Source of the DNA: an uncultured Bacilli bacterium
Lineage (GTDB): Bacteria; Bacillota_I; Bacilli_A; RF39; UBA660
Direction: 5' to 3'
Length of the DNA: 64,000 nucleotides
Assembly: GCA_934169415.1 (NCBI GenBank)
Contig: CAKPNP010000001.1
Location: 25,854 to 89,853 of the forward strand
The position numbers and the translations under genes were made by a program. The notes under the pieces were generated by a model. That model made no database searches and was not told where the DNA came from. It saw only the letters and a program-made list of their open reading frames with translations. This document shows positions 50,536 to 59,599 of this stretch, in pieces. Each line of letters starts with the position of its first letter. The stretch's first letter is position 1.

Positions 50536-51939
50536 ATGAAAAAAATTATAAATATAATAATATCTGTTATAGGTATAATACTTTCAATAATATGTTTTAA
50601 ATTTGTATTAGATATGGGGATAGTTCCTAATAAATATTTAATTATGCTAGGTGTTTTGTTATTAGTATTAAATATATTAGGTACATTGTTTTTATTTTTA
50701 AAGGGTATTGTATTTAAAATATTTGGTGTAATTATATATATAATTATATTAGTACTTAGTATATTAGGTATAAAATATTCTAAAAATACAAGGGATTTTA
50801 TTGATAGAAGTTTTGGTAATAGTAAAGATATTGCAGTTTATGATGTAGTTGTACTTAAAAATAGTGATTATAAGGATATATATGATTTAGAGGGTAAAAC
50901 TATTTCATATTATAATAATGAAAAGACAGATTATTTAGATTTATTAAAAGAAAAAGTAAGTATTGAACTAAAAGAAAATAGTTTATTTAATTTATATGAT
51001 AGCTTAGCTAATAATGAAACTGATGCAATTGTTTTAAATGATTCTATACTTTATATGTTAGAGGGTTTAAATAAGGAAATAAAGGATAATATAGAGATTA
51101 TATATAGTTATGATGTTGTAGTGGAAACTGAACAAAAAGAGTATATTAAAAAGAATTTAAAACCTATAAATATATACATTTCTGGAAGTGATTCTAGAAG
51201 TGATAAAATAGTTACAAATTCTTTATCTGATGTTAATATGATAATGTCTATAGATCCTATCGAACATCAAATGTTATTAACTAGTATCCCAAGAGATTAT
51301 TATGTAAAATTACATGGTACAACTGGTATAAATGATAAATTAACTCATGCTGGTATGTACGGGTTAGATATGAGTAGAAAAACATTAGAAGATTTATTTG
51401 GTATAGATATTGATTATTCTATTAAAGTTAATATGGCAAGTGTTGTTAAGATGGTTGACTTAGTAGGTGGTATTGATATATATAGTGATACTGAATTTGA
51501 TTCATATCATATGAAAGGTTGGCATGTAATAAAAGGTGTTAATCATATGGATGGAGCTAAAGCTTTAGCATATTCTAGAGAAAGATATGCATATGTTGAT
51601 GGAGATAATCATAGGGTTAGAAATCAACAACAAGTTTTAGAAGCTGTATTTGAAAAGTTATCAACGGATAAAAATTTATTATTAAAATATGATGAATTAT
51701 TAAGTTCGTTTGGTGAGTTATATGTAACTGATATACCTAGTGAGTTAATTTCATTAATAATAAATAATCAATTAGATGGACTTAAAAAATGGACTATTAA
51801 AAGACAATCTGTGATTGGTACTTCTGCTATGAAAGAAACGTATTCAATGCCTGGTTGGACATTATATGTAATGGAACCAAATACTAAATCAGTTAATGCT
51901 GCTAAAGAAAAAATAGAAGAATTATTAAAATTAAATTAG
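50536..51939 (+). CDS. LytR-CpsA-Psr (LCP) family cell-wall polymer transferase
   Basis: An N-terminal TM, then an LCP domain (ISGSDSR...LTSIPRDYYV...GMYG...ALAYSRERY). Confidence 0.85.
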   Translation: MKKIINIIISVIGIILSIICFKFVLDMGIVPNKYLIMLGVLLLVLNILGTLFLFLKGIVFKIFGVIIYIIILVLSILGIKYSKNTRDFIDRSFGNSKDIAVYDVVVLKNSDYKDIYDLEGKTISYYNNEKTDYLDLLKEKVSIELKENSLFNLYDSLANNETDAIVLNDSILYMLEGLNKEIKDNIEIIYSYDVVVETEQKEYIKKNLKPINIYISGSDSRSDKIVTNSLSDVNMIMSIDPIEHQMLLTSIPRDYYVKLHGTTGINDKLTHAGMYGLDMSRKTLEDLFGIDIDYSIKVNMASVVKMVDLVGGIDIYSDTEFDSYHMKGWHVIKGVNHMDGAKALAYSRERYAYVDGDNHRVRNQQQVLEAVFEKLSTDKNLLLKYDELLSSFGELYVTDIPSELISLIINNQLDGLKKWTIKRQSVIGTSAMKETYSMPGWTLYVMEPNTKSVNAAKEKIEELLKLN

Positions 51940-51942
51940 TTT

Positions 51943-52386
51943 ATGAAAAAGATAATTAATTATATTTTATTAATACTATGGTTATTTTTGATATTTTATT
52001 TATCTAGTGAAACTGGTAGTGTATCAGGAGCTAATAGTAATACAATAATATATAACACTTTAAATGTTATATATGATATATTTAATATTAGTAAAGATAA
52101 TTTACTTAATACTGTGGATAAAATAGTGCCTATACTTAGAGAATGTATGCATTCTTTAGAATATTTTGTTTTAGCCATATTAATAATGAATTTGCTTAGA
52201 ATATATAATGTTAAAAGTAATTTATTATTTATAAGTGTAGGTTTATGTTTTGTATATTCTGCAACTGATGAGATACATCAATTATTTGTTGTAGGCAGAA
52301 CATTTGAGTATTTTGATATTTTTATGGATTTTGTAGGGGCATTAATTGGTAGTTTATTATATAAGGTCTGGTTCTTTGTCAAATAG
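51943..52386 (+). CDS. VanZ-like family membrane protein
   Basis: 147 aa with ILWLFLIFYLSSETGSVSG and four TM helices, the VanZ pattern. Its stop codon lies inside the ISL3 terminal repeat. Confidence 0.6.
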   Translation: MKKIINYILLILWLFLIFYLSSETGSVSGANSNTIIYNTLNVIYDIFNISKDNLLNTVDKIVPILRECMHSLEYFVLAILIMNLLRIYNVKSNLLFISVGLCFVYSATDEIHQLFVVGRTFEYFDIFMDFVGALIGSLLYKVWFFVK

Positions 52387-53812
52387 TGTTGGTAGACAAT
52401 AAATTTGATAAATGAAATAATTAGTGAGGGATGATGAAAATCATCCTTTTAAAATGCCTTTAATTAAGAAAATACGGGAAATAAAATGATCATATTTTCT
52501 ATATCCAAAAGCAATATGTTTAATACCTTTAATTAAATTATTGGTACCTTCTATAACGCCATTATTAATATCATATTTAAATAAGTTTTGTATATAATTA
52601 ATATTCTCTTTGTACAACTTTAAAGCTTGGATCATTTTAGGAGATAAATCCTTATGATGATTGAATACAATAGATTTAAATTTATCAAAATTTCTTTCTT
52701 TTAAAGAATTAATTAAACCTTGATAATATTCATATGTAGCTTTTAAAGTTGAATTGGTATTAATTAAATATTGAACAATTTCTTTTTGTGAAATATTTTT
52801 ATGAAAATGTTTAGAATAATGTTTTTCATCAGATAAATCATTTTCATTTTTAACAATTAACTTCCAATAATCCTTTAACTTATTATAGTTAGGGTTATCC
52901 TTTTTACATAAACTAACTCTAGTACAATTTAAAGCATTATAAACTTGTGTTACAATATGAAATCTATCAATAGAAATATCCGCATTTTTAAATAATTTTT
53001 TAGCTAAATAAATATAACCAGAATAGAAATCAGTAGAAATATGCTTAACTTTATTTCTTTGTTGTCTAGAGTATCTTCTAAAATATTTTTCTAAATCTTT
53101 AGATTTTCTAGAATCATTAATATCAAAAAGATTACCATTATCATTATCAGTAATGATAAATGCCATTTTACCTTTAGTATCACAAGTAGCTTTAAATTCA
53201 TCCCAATTCATAGAAGTAGGTAATGTAGGATGTCTTAACACGTTATGAGAAGAAATATCATTTAATATACGATCGATTACAGAAACAGAAACATCCATTC
53301 TTTTAGCAATATCCTTTTCAGATTGTTTTTGCATAAGTTCTAATTTTATTTGAAGATTAGTATTATTAGAAATATTTTTATACTTATCAACAAGATTAGT
53401 TTCAGCAATAAAAGTATTATGACAATGTTTACAAAAGAAACGTTGTTTATGTAAAATTAATCTAGTTAAGCAATTATTTTGTTTAGGAATTCTAATACTG
53501 CAGTTCTTTCTAAAATCCCACTTAATAATATCATTGGTAGAGTTATTAATAATATTACAATGGGGACATGATTGTGGAATATAGGTTAAAATACCTTCAA
53601 CAATTTTATATTTCTTGTCATTTATAACCTTTTCTTTAATTTCTGTAATAATATGTATATTTTCGTCTTTAATATTTAATAAATTTAGTATATAATTATT
53701 TGTAGACATAAGTTTGTTCCTTTTAATTTTTTTTGGTTAATTACATTGTATCAAACTTATGTCTTTTATTAAATAAAAAAGTATTAGTGAAATATATTCA
53801 CCAACACTATTT
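52381..53812 (-). mobile_element. ISL3-family insertion sequence (~1.43 kb)
   Basis: The terminal inverted repeats are AAATAGTGTTGGT (52381-52393) and ACCAACACTATTT (53800-53812). It encodes an intact ISL3 transposase. Confidence 0.7.
52441..53709 (-). CDS. ISL3-family transposase (intact)
   Basis: 422 aa with an N-terminal CPHC...C..C zinc finger and a DDE_Tnp_ISL3 core (ISTDFYSGY, NNGVIEGTNNLIKGIKHIAFGYRKYDHF). Confidence 0.85.
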   Translation of the reverse strand: MSTNNYILNLLNIKDENIHIITEIKEKVINDKKYKIVEGILTYIPQSCPHCNIINNSTNDIIKWDFRKNCSIRIPKQNNCLTRLILHKQRFFCKHCHNTFIAETNLVDKYKNISNNTNLQIKLELMQKQSEKDIAKRMDVSVSVIDRILNDISSHNVLRHPTLPTSMNWDEFKATCDTKGKMAFIITDNDNGNLFDINDSRKSKDLEKYFRRYSRQQRNKVKHISTDFYSGYIYLAKKLFKNADISIDRFHIVTQVYNALNCTRVSLCKKDNPNYNKLKDYWKLIVKNENDLSDEKHYSKHFHKNISQKEIVQYLINTNSTLKATYEYYQGLINSLKERNFDKFKSIVFNHHKDLSPKMIQALKLYKENINYIQNLFKYDINNGVIEGTNNLIKGIKHIAFGYRKYDHFISRIFLIKGILKG

Positions 53813-53926
53813 ATAATACAACCCTAAAAAACAAGAAAATTAATTCTTGTTTTTATTTGCCAAAATTATAAACAACATTAAGCAAATTAATTTAAGAAAA
53901 CTAAAAATAAATTAGAAAATAATTTT

Positions 53927-53999
53927 GTTGTGCCAAGTTGGCGACAGCTAGAGCTTAAATATAAGTGTCATAGTGTAATAATTTTTACATACATAAAAG
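53927..53999 (+). repeat. Island-flanking direct repeat, copy 1 (~73 bp; 36-bp perfect core 53957-53992)
   Basis: GTGCCAAGTTGGCG...AAATATAAGTGTCATAGTGTAATAATTTTTACATAC recurs at 60649-60710, with an 11-nt indel and 2 substitutions. Confidence 0.85.
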
Positions 54000-54258
54000 A
54001 CTACAATGTATATGAAAAGTTTCAAAAGCAAAATCCAAAATTTAAAAAGAAGTATACTTTATGGGTTATTTATACTGATTTGAGATTAAAATATGAATAT
54101 GAGAGAAATATGGTTCTTTGATAATTATATTTCAACAATAAAATGAAATTATTTATATAGAAATAAAAATGTAATATTAAGCATATTTCTCATACATTAT
54201 GTATGTAAATATGTTTTTTTATGTTATAATCTTTATAGAGAGTGTAGGTGGTATTGAT

Positions 54259-55134
54259 ATGAAAAAGAAGCAAAATTTAATTCTTCAACCAATATTAAAA
54301 TGGGCTGGAGGAAAAAGACAATTGTTAACACAATTAGAAAAATATTTTCCTAAACATTTTAAATGTTATTATGAACCTTTTGTTGGTGGGGGAGCTGTAT
54401 TATTTCATTTACAACCTAAAAAAGCTGTAATAAATGATTATAATGAAGATTTAATTAATTTATATAAATGTATTAAGGATAATTTAGAAGAGTTAATAGA
54501 AAAATTAAAATATTATGAAACAAAAAATGATTCCGATAGTTTTTATGAAATAAGAGGCATAGATAGGACTGATGAATATAAAAAATGGACCCCTGTAGAA
54601 AAAGCTGCGAGATTGATTTATTTAAATAGGACTTGCTACAATGGATTATTTAGAATGAATAGTGCTGGTCAATTTAATTCTCCTTATGGCTCATATAAAA
54701 ATCCATGTATATGTAATGAACCAGTTCTTAGAGCTATGAATAAGTATTTTAATGAAAATGATATCGAGTTTAGAGCGGGTGATTTTGAAGAAGCGTGTAA
54801 AGATGCAACAAAAGGCTCATTTGTTTATTTGGATCCGCCATATGATCAGTATGATGAACAATTAAACTTTGTTGGATATACTAAAGATGGATTTACACGT
54901 GTGGATCAAACAAGATTAAAAAAAATATGTGATAAACTTATTGAAAAAGGATGTTATGTCATGATTAGTAATTCCAAAACACCATTTATTATTGATTTGT
55001 ATAGTGACTCAACTAAATATATTACTTACACTATAAACACTGTTAATGCAAGAAGAAATATAAATAGTAATGCTAAAAAAAGAGGAGAAGTAGAGGAGGT
55101 TTTGATTATTGGAAAATTGGATATCAAAGAATAA
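54259..55134 (+). CDS. Dam-family (D12 class, alpha-group) N6-adenine DNA methyltransferase
   Basis: LKWAGGKRQLL, YYEPFVGGGAV (motif I) and VYLDPPY (motif IV). The ATG at 54259 has RBS GGTGG. Confidence 0.85.
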   Translation: MKKKQNLILQPILKWAGGKRQLLTQLEKYFPKHFKCYYEPFVGGGAVLFHLQPKKAVINDYNEDLINLYKCIKDNLEELIEKLKYYETKNDSDSFYEIRGIDRTDEYKKWTPVEKAARLIYLNRTCYNGLFRMNSAGQFNSPYGSYKNPCICNEPVLRAMNKYFNENDIEFRAGDFEEACKDATKGSFVYLDPPYDQYDEQLNFVGYTKDGFTRVDQTRLKKICDKLIEKGCYVMISNSKTPFIIDLYSDSTKYITYTINTVNARRNINSNAKKRGEVEEVLIIGKLDIKE

Positions 55135-56410
55135 TAAAGTGTGGAACTTTTTGTTTGAAAAATATAATATTGTTGATGAAGTAAATAAAAATGGGTTCTT
55201 TGAGATAGCTGCTGATCAGATAAAAGAAGCTGGAAGAGAACCACGATTAATGACTAAGTTTGATAGTAGTGAAAACTTACCTAAAATCTTTACAGATAAT
55301 AAATTAGCAATACTTCCTATTAGAAGAGGCTCTTACATAATAGGTAGATTTGAAAATTATCAAGATGTTGAATTAAATAATAATATAGATGTTGTTACAA
55401 AGTATTTACCAGATTATATTACAACTATCGATTATAGTAATATAACTAGTGAGGCTGTTTCGTTAAACTCGGCTTATGTTTCCGGAATGATCGAAGATAT
55501 TGTCGGTGAACCTGTTATTCCGACAATTCAAGGAAGAATGGGAACAGGAGAATTTGATTATCAAATTTCTTTAAATGATAAAACAAATTTTAATGTAAAT
55601 GTTCAAAATTCTCAAATGGAAATAGATGGAAGTTATGAAGGAATCACAAAGTTTGTTATATTGGAAGCAAAAAATCATTATATGAAAGATTTCATTATAA
55701 GACAATTATACTATCCATATAAAGTATGGAAAAAGGTTACTAATAAAGAAATTATTCCAGTGATGCTTATAAAACATGATAATATTTTCAACTTTTATAT
55801 ATATTCTTTTACAGATGATAATAATTATAATAGTATCAATTTAAAAAAAATAAAAAGATTTATATTAGATGAGGCATATAATCCAATAGAATTTGAAGAT
55901 ATTATAGATGTTATGAATAATGTTAAATATGTAGAAGAAACGGATCAAAATCCTTTTCCACAGGCTAATTCATTTTATAGAGTATTGGATTTAATTAATG
56001 AACTAAATAGTCAAGAATTATCACCAAGTGAAATTGCAGAATTATATGAATTTGATATTAGACAAGCGAACTATTATCTAGCAGCAGGTCAATACTTAGG
56101 ATTTATAGAAAAAGATAAGAATTATAAATTAACTGATTATGGTAAAAGAATAATGAAAATGAACCATAAGAATAAAAATCTAGAGATAATTAATGCTATT
56201 TTATCTCATAAGCCATTTTATTTTGCATTAGAACAATACATAAAATACTTTGATTTTAAACCAAATAAAATAGCTGATATTATTTATGATTATAGAGCTG
56301 AAATCAATTCTAGAGAGACTGCTATTAGAAGGACTAGTACAGTAATAGCATGGATAAAATGGATCATAGAGTTAACTACTACAACAGAGCAAAACCCTTT
56401 TGAAAAATGA
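55109..56410 (+). CDS. Putative restriction endonuclease partner of the Dam-family methyltransferase; hypothetical
   Basis: 433 aa. Its start overlaps the methyltransferase gene end by 26 nt. There is a candidate PD-(D/E)xK arrangement (GEFDYQI ... VILEAKNH) and a probable C-terminal wHTH. No confident family assignment. Confidence 0.45.
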   Translation: MENWISKNNKVWNFLFEKYNIVDEVNKNGFFEIAADQIKEAGREPRLMTKFDSSENLPKIFTDNKLAILPIRRGSYIIGRFENYQDVELNNNIDVVTKYLPDYITTIDYSNITSEAVSLNSAYVSGMIEDIVGEPVIPTIQGRMGTGEFDYQISLNDKTNFNVNVQNSQMEIDGSYEGITKFVILEAKNHYMKDFIIRQLYYPYKVWKKVTNKEIIPVMLIKHDNIFNFYIYSFTDDNNYNSINLKKIKRFILDEAYNPIEFEDIIDVMNNVKYVEETDQNPFPQANSFYRVLDLINELNSQELSPSEIAELYEFDIRQANYYLAAGQYLGFIEKDKNYKLTDYGKRIMKMNHKNKNLEIINAILSHKPFYFALEQYIKYFDFKPNKIADIIYDYRAEINSRETAIRRTSTVIAWIKWIIELTTTTEQNPFEK

Positions 56411-56524
56411 GACCGTTGAGGTCTTTTTTTATAATAATTATAAAATATTTTTAAAATATTTTATAATTATTATTGACTTTTAAATAAAAATGTAGTATTT
56501 TATGGTTGAAAACGGAGGTATATT

Positions 56525-56746
56525 ATGAATGTAAAGCAAGATAATTTCAAGAGAATTGCTGAAAATAGAACTAATAAAATAATAGATTTAATTTCAAAAC
56601 TTAGTAATTTAAGAAATAATACATCATTTTATGAATATACAGATGAACAAATGGAAGCAATATTTGATGCTATACAAAAAGAACTTGATAAACAAAAAAA
56701 AGAATTTAGAAAGGATAAAAAGAAAACGAAAAGATTTCAATTGTAG
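56525..56746 (+). CDS. Small basic hypothetical protein (73 aa)
   Basis: RBS GGAGGT. K/R-rich helical. It immediately precedes the GHKL ATPase gene. Confidence 0.4.
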   Translation: MNVKQDNFKRIAENRTNKIIDLISKLSNLRNNTSFYEYTDEQMEAIFDAIQKELDKQKKEFRKDKKKTKRFQL

Positions 56747-56760
56747 TAGGAGGTAGTAGT

Positions 56761-58689
56761 ATGAGCATGTTTGATAGTTTTAGAGCAAAACCTAAATGGA
56801 AATTTATTGAAAATGGATATGGAAATGAATCTAGTTTAGATTCAACAGATGTTGAAACTTTTAAAAAGGATCCAATAGCATCATTAGCAAGGGAATCATG
56901 CCAAAATTCTATTGATGCAAGAAGAAATGATGAACCTGTAAAAATTGTTTTTAAGTCTTTTTTAATTAAGACAAATAGTATACCTGGAATTAAAGAATTA
57001 AAAGAAGAATTGATTGCATGTAGAGATTCACATGAACAAAATACAAAATATTATAAAAAGTTTGATTCAATGATATCATGTGTTGAAAGAGAAGAAATAT
57101 TATGCTTAAGAATTAGTGATTTTAATACAAAAGGATTAGAAGGAGTAGCAACAAATGATAGAAATAAAGCGTTTTATTATTTAACTAAAGGGAATGGTCT
57201 TACAACTAAGATTAGCTCGAATAGTGGTGGCTCTAAAGGAATAGGTAAATTTGCTTCATTTGTTGCAAGTGATCTTCAAACTGTTTTCTATGCAACTTTA
57301 AATGAAAACAATGAAAAGGGATATATTGGTATTTCTAAACTTGCATCTAGATTGTTAAATCAAGAAACTGGTATGTGTACGACGGGGTATGGATATTTCT
57401 GTAGGTCTGAAAAGGTACTTCCAATTCTTGAAACACTAGTATTAGATAAGTATTTTGTTCGAGATAAGTATGGAACAGACATTTATGTTATTGGATTTAG
57501 AGCAGAAGAAAATTGGAGAGCAGCTATAATTTCAAAAATACTAGATAGTTTTATGTGTGCAATACAATATGGAGATTTAGAAGTAGAAGTTGATGGTATA
57601 GAAATTAATAAAGAAAAATTACAAAGTATAGTATATAATGATTCTTATATAATTCCTAGTGAAAAGAAAAATATATTGGCACAATATGTTCTTTTAAATA
57701 ATGAATTTGTTCACACAAAGACTGTAGATATTAAAGGATACGGTAACGTCAAAATATATTTAAAAGATTTTGATAGGCAGAATGAAAATTTTGCAACAAA
57801 TAAATGTGTTATGGTTAGATATCCATATATGAAAATTACAGATTTCAAAATACCATTTGCAAAACCTTGTTCAGCATTATGTATTATAGAAAAAAATGAG
57901 TTAAATAGTATGTTAAGAGAAGTTGAAAATCCACAACATACAGATTGGGAACCAAATAGAATAACTGATGATACTGAATTAAGAAGAGAAATAAAGAGAG
58001 TAATTAAAGAAATAAAAGATCAAGTTCAAATATTTGCTGATGAAGTTTTATTAAGTGGAGATAAAGAAGAAATTGATATAGATGGTGCAGGAGATTATTT
58101 AGCAGATTATAATTTTGGCAATGATGATATTCCTTTATCTGGAGAAGAAGTTACTGAAAAGCCTAAAGTTGTAAATTCTAGAAGGGCAATTCTTAAAAAT
58201 AATATAGGTGATAATTCGGAAGAAGGAGATAATTCCTCAGTTTATGATATTGGCAGTCACCAAGACAATGGTGATGACTCATCTGCACCAAGCGGAAATA
58301 ATCTAGGAACTGGTTCTGAAATTCATGAGGGTGATGAAACCAGCGGTTATAATCAAGAAGGTGATGAAGAAGTTCTTCATTCAGTACAATTAAGTGGAAT
58401 GAAAGTAAAAATTTTACTTTTAGATAAAGAAAATGGTAAATACTTGATAGTTTTTAATTCTATCTATGATGAAAGTAATTGTGATTTAGAATTATATTAT
58501 TTAGATGATAAAGGAGGAAGATATATTCCTAATGTTACATCAGCTTATATTAATGGTAATGAAGTAAAAATAGATAAAAATAGAATCAAGAATTTTAGTA
58601 TAGAAAATGGCATTAGATATAAAATTGAAATGAATACAGATTTAGATGATTTATATGCTTGTGAGGTGAGAATATATGCAAATAGGTAA
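56761..58689 (+). CDS. GHKL-superfamily (MutL/MORC/Hsp90-like Bergerat fold) ATPase domain protein, 642 aa, with an acidic linker and a C-terminal beta-rich domain
   Basis: It has an N-box-like SLARESCQNSIDA (aa 41-53), a G1-like RISDFNTKGLEG (aa 117-128) and a Gly-rich G2-like SNSGGSKGIGKFASF (aa 153-167). RBS GGAGG. Confidence 0.6.
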   Translation: MSMFDSFRAKPKWKFIENGYGNESSLDSTDVETFKKDPIASLARESCQNSIDARRNDEPVKIVFKSFLIKTNSIPGIKELKEELIACRDSHEQNTKYYKKFDSMISCVEREEILCLRISDFNTKGLEGVATNDRNKAFYYLTKGNGLTTKISSNSGGSKGIGKFASFVASDLQTVFYATLNENNEKGYIGISKLASRLLNQETGMCTTGYGYFCRSEKVLPILETLVLDKYFVRDKYGTDIYVIGFRAEENWRAAIISKILDSFMCAIQYGDLEVEVDGIEINKEKLQSIVYNDSYIIPSEKKNILAQYVLLNNEFVHTKTVDIKGYGNVKIYLKDFDRQNENFATNKCVMVRYPYMKITDFKIPFAKPCSALCIIEKNELNSMLREVENPQHTDWEPNRITDDTELRREIKRVIKEIKDQVQIFADEVLLSGDKEEIDIDGAGDYLADYNFGNDDIPLSGEEVTEKPKVVNSRRAILKNNIGDNSEEGDNSSVYDIGSHQDNGDDSSAPSGNNLGTGSEIHEGDETSGYNQEGDEEVLHSVQLSGMKVKILLLDKENGKYLIVFNSIYDESNCDLELYYLDDKGGRYIPNVTSAYINGNEVKIDKNRIKNFSIENGIRYKIEMNTDLDDLYACEVRIYANR

Positions 58690-59599
58690 AAGAGGATATC
58701 CTTACCCAATATTAAATAATGCTACAAATTACAATTGTTATAAAAAATCTACATATTCATTAGAATATGAGAATGAAGAAGACCACAATAATTTCACATT
58801 GAAAAATGTTAGAATTGAAACGAATAGCGAAGAATTAAAGTGTTTAATAGATAAAAAATTAGTTAAAGCAATGATAGTAATTGAATCATCATCAACTATA
58901 TTCAAATATACTGAAGAAATATCTACAACACCCAAAAACATAATAATACCAATAGGTAATTTAAGTGGAAAAGTAGAAATTTCAAGTATTGTGTATGCAA
59001 CAGAAAACATAGTTGGCTTTTCTAGTAATGATTTTACTGAGGATTTTGATAGTTATAAATTTAACATTGAAAAGTATTGCCCAATTGCAATTGATGACGG
59101 ATATATTGTTAAAGTAGAATATAATGATTTTGATGATAAAAAAGTTTCATCGATATTTTCAGTTGTTGAAAGTTATGATTCTGAATTAAAATATATGAAA
59201 GTAATAAATGGCGATAGGAAAATTAAAATTGAATTACCAGAAGATGAATTTAAGAAATTTGATGCATTAAATGGTCAAAGTACATTTTATAATCTCTTCT
59301 TTTCAATAATAATTATTCCAGCATTATCATCATGTTTAAAAGATTTTCAATCAGAAATAAAGTATCAAGAAAAAACAATAGAAGATATTTCAGATTCACA
59401 TAGTTGGTTTTTATCTATTCAAAATGCATACAAGAAAATCTATAACAAGGATATTAAAAATGAAGAATTTATCAATCTTAATGCACTTGAATTTAGTCAA
59501 ACTATATTCGATTATTGTTCAGTTAAATCAATTAAAGATTTTTATGACATAATAAAAAGAAAGACTGATGCTAGTGAGGAGGATGAAGAAAATGTTTAA
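58676..59599 (+). CDS. Hypothetical protein (307 aa), co-operonic with the GHKL ATPase
   Basis: Its start overlaps the upstream stop, suggesting translational coupling. No recognisable family. Confidence 0.5.
   Translation: MQIGKRGYPYPILNNATNYNCYKKSTYSLEYENEEDHNNFTLKNVRIETNSEELKCLIDKKLVKAMIVIESSSTIFKYTEEISTTPKNIIIPIGNLSGKVEISSIVYATENIVGFSSNDFTEDFDSYKFNIEKYCPIAIDDGYIVKVEYNDFDDKKVSSIFSVVESYDSELKYMKVINGDRKIKIELPEDEFKKFDALNGQSTFYNLFFSIIIIPALSSCLKDFQSEIKYQEKTIEDISDSHSWFLSIQNAYKKIYNKDIKNEEFINLNALEFSQTIFDYCSVKSIKDFYDIIKRKTDASEEDEENV

Noticed and set aside
53930-54121. 63-aa GTG-initiated ORF covering the left island repeat
   Set aside because: Its N-terminus is encoded by the direct-repeat sequence. 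In the second repeat copy the same frame hits a stop after 13 codons, so the repeat is not conserved as coding. No RBS. It is likely non-coding.
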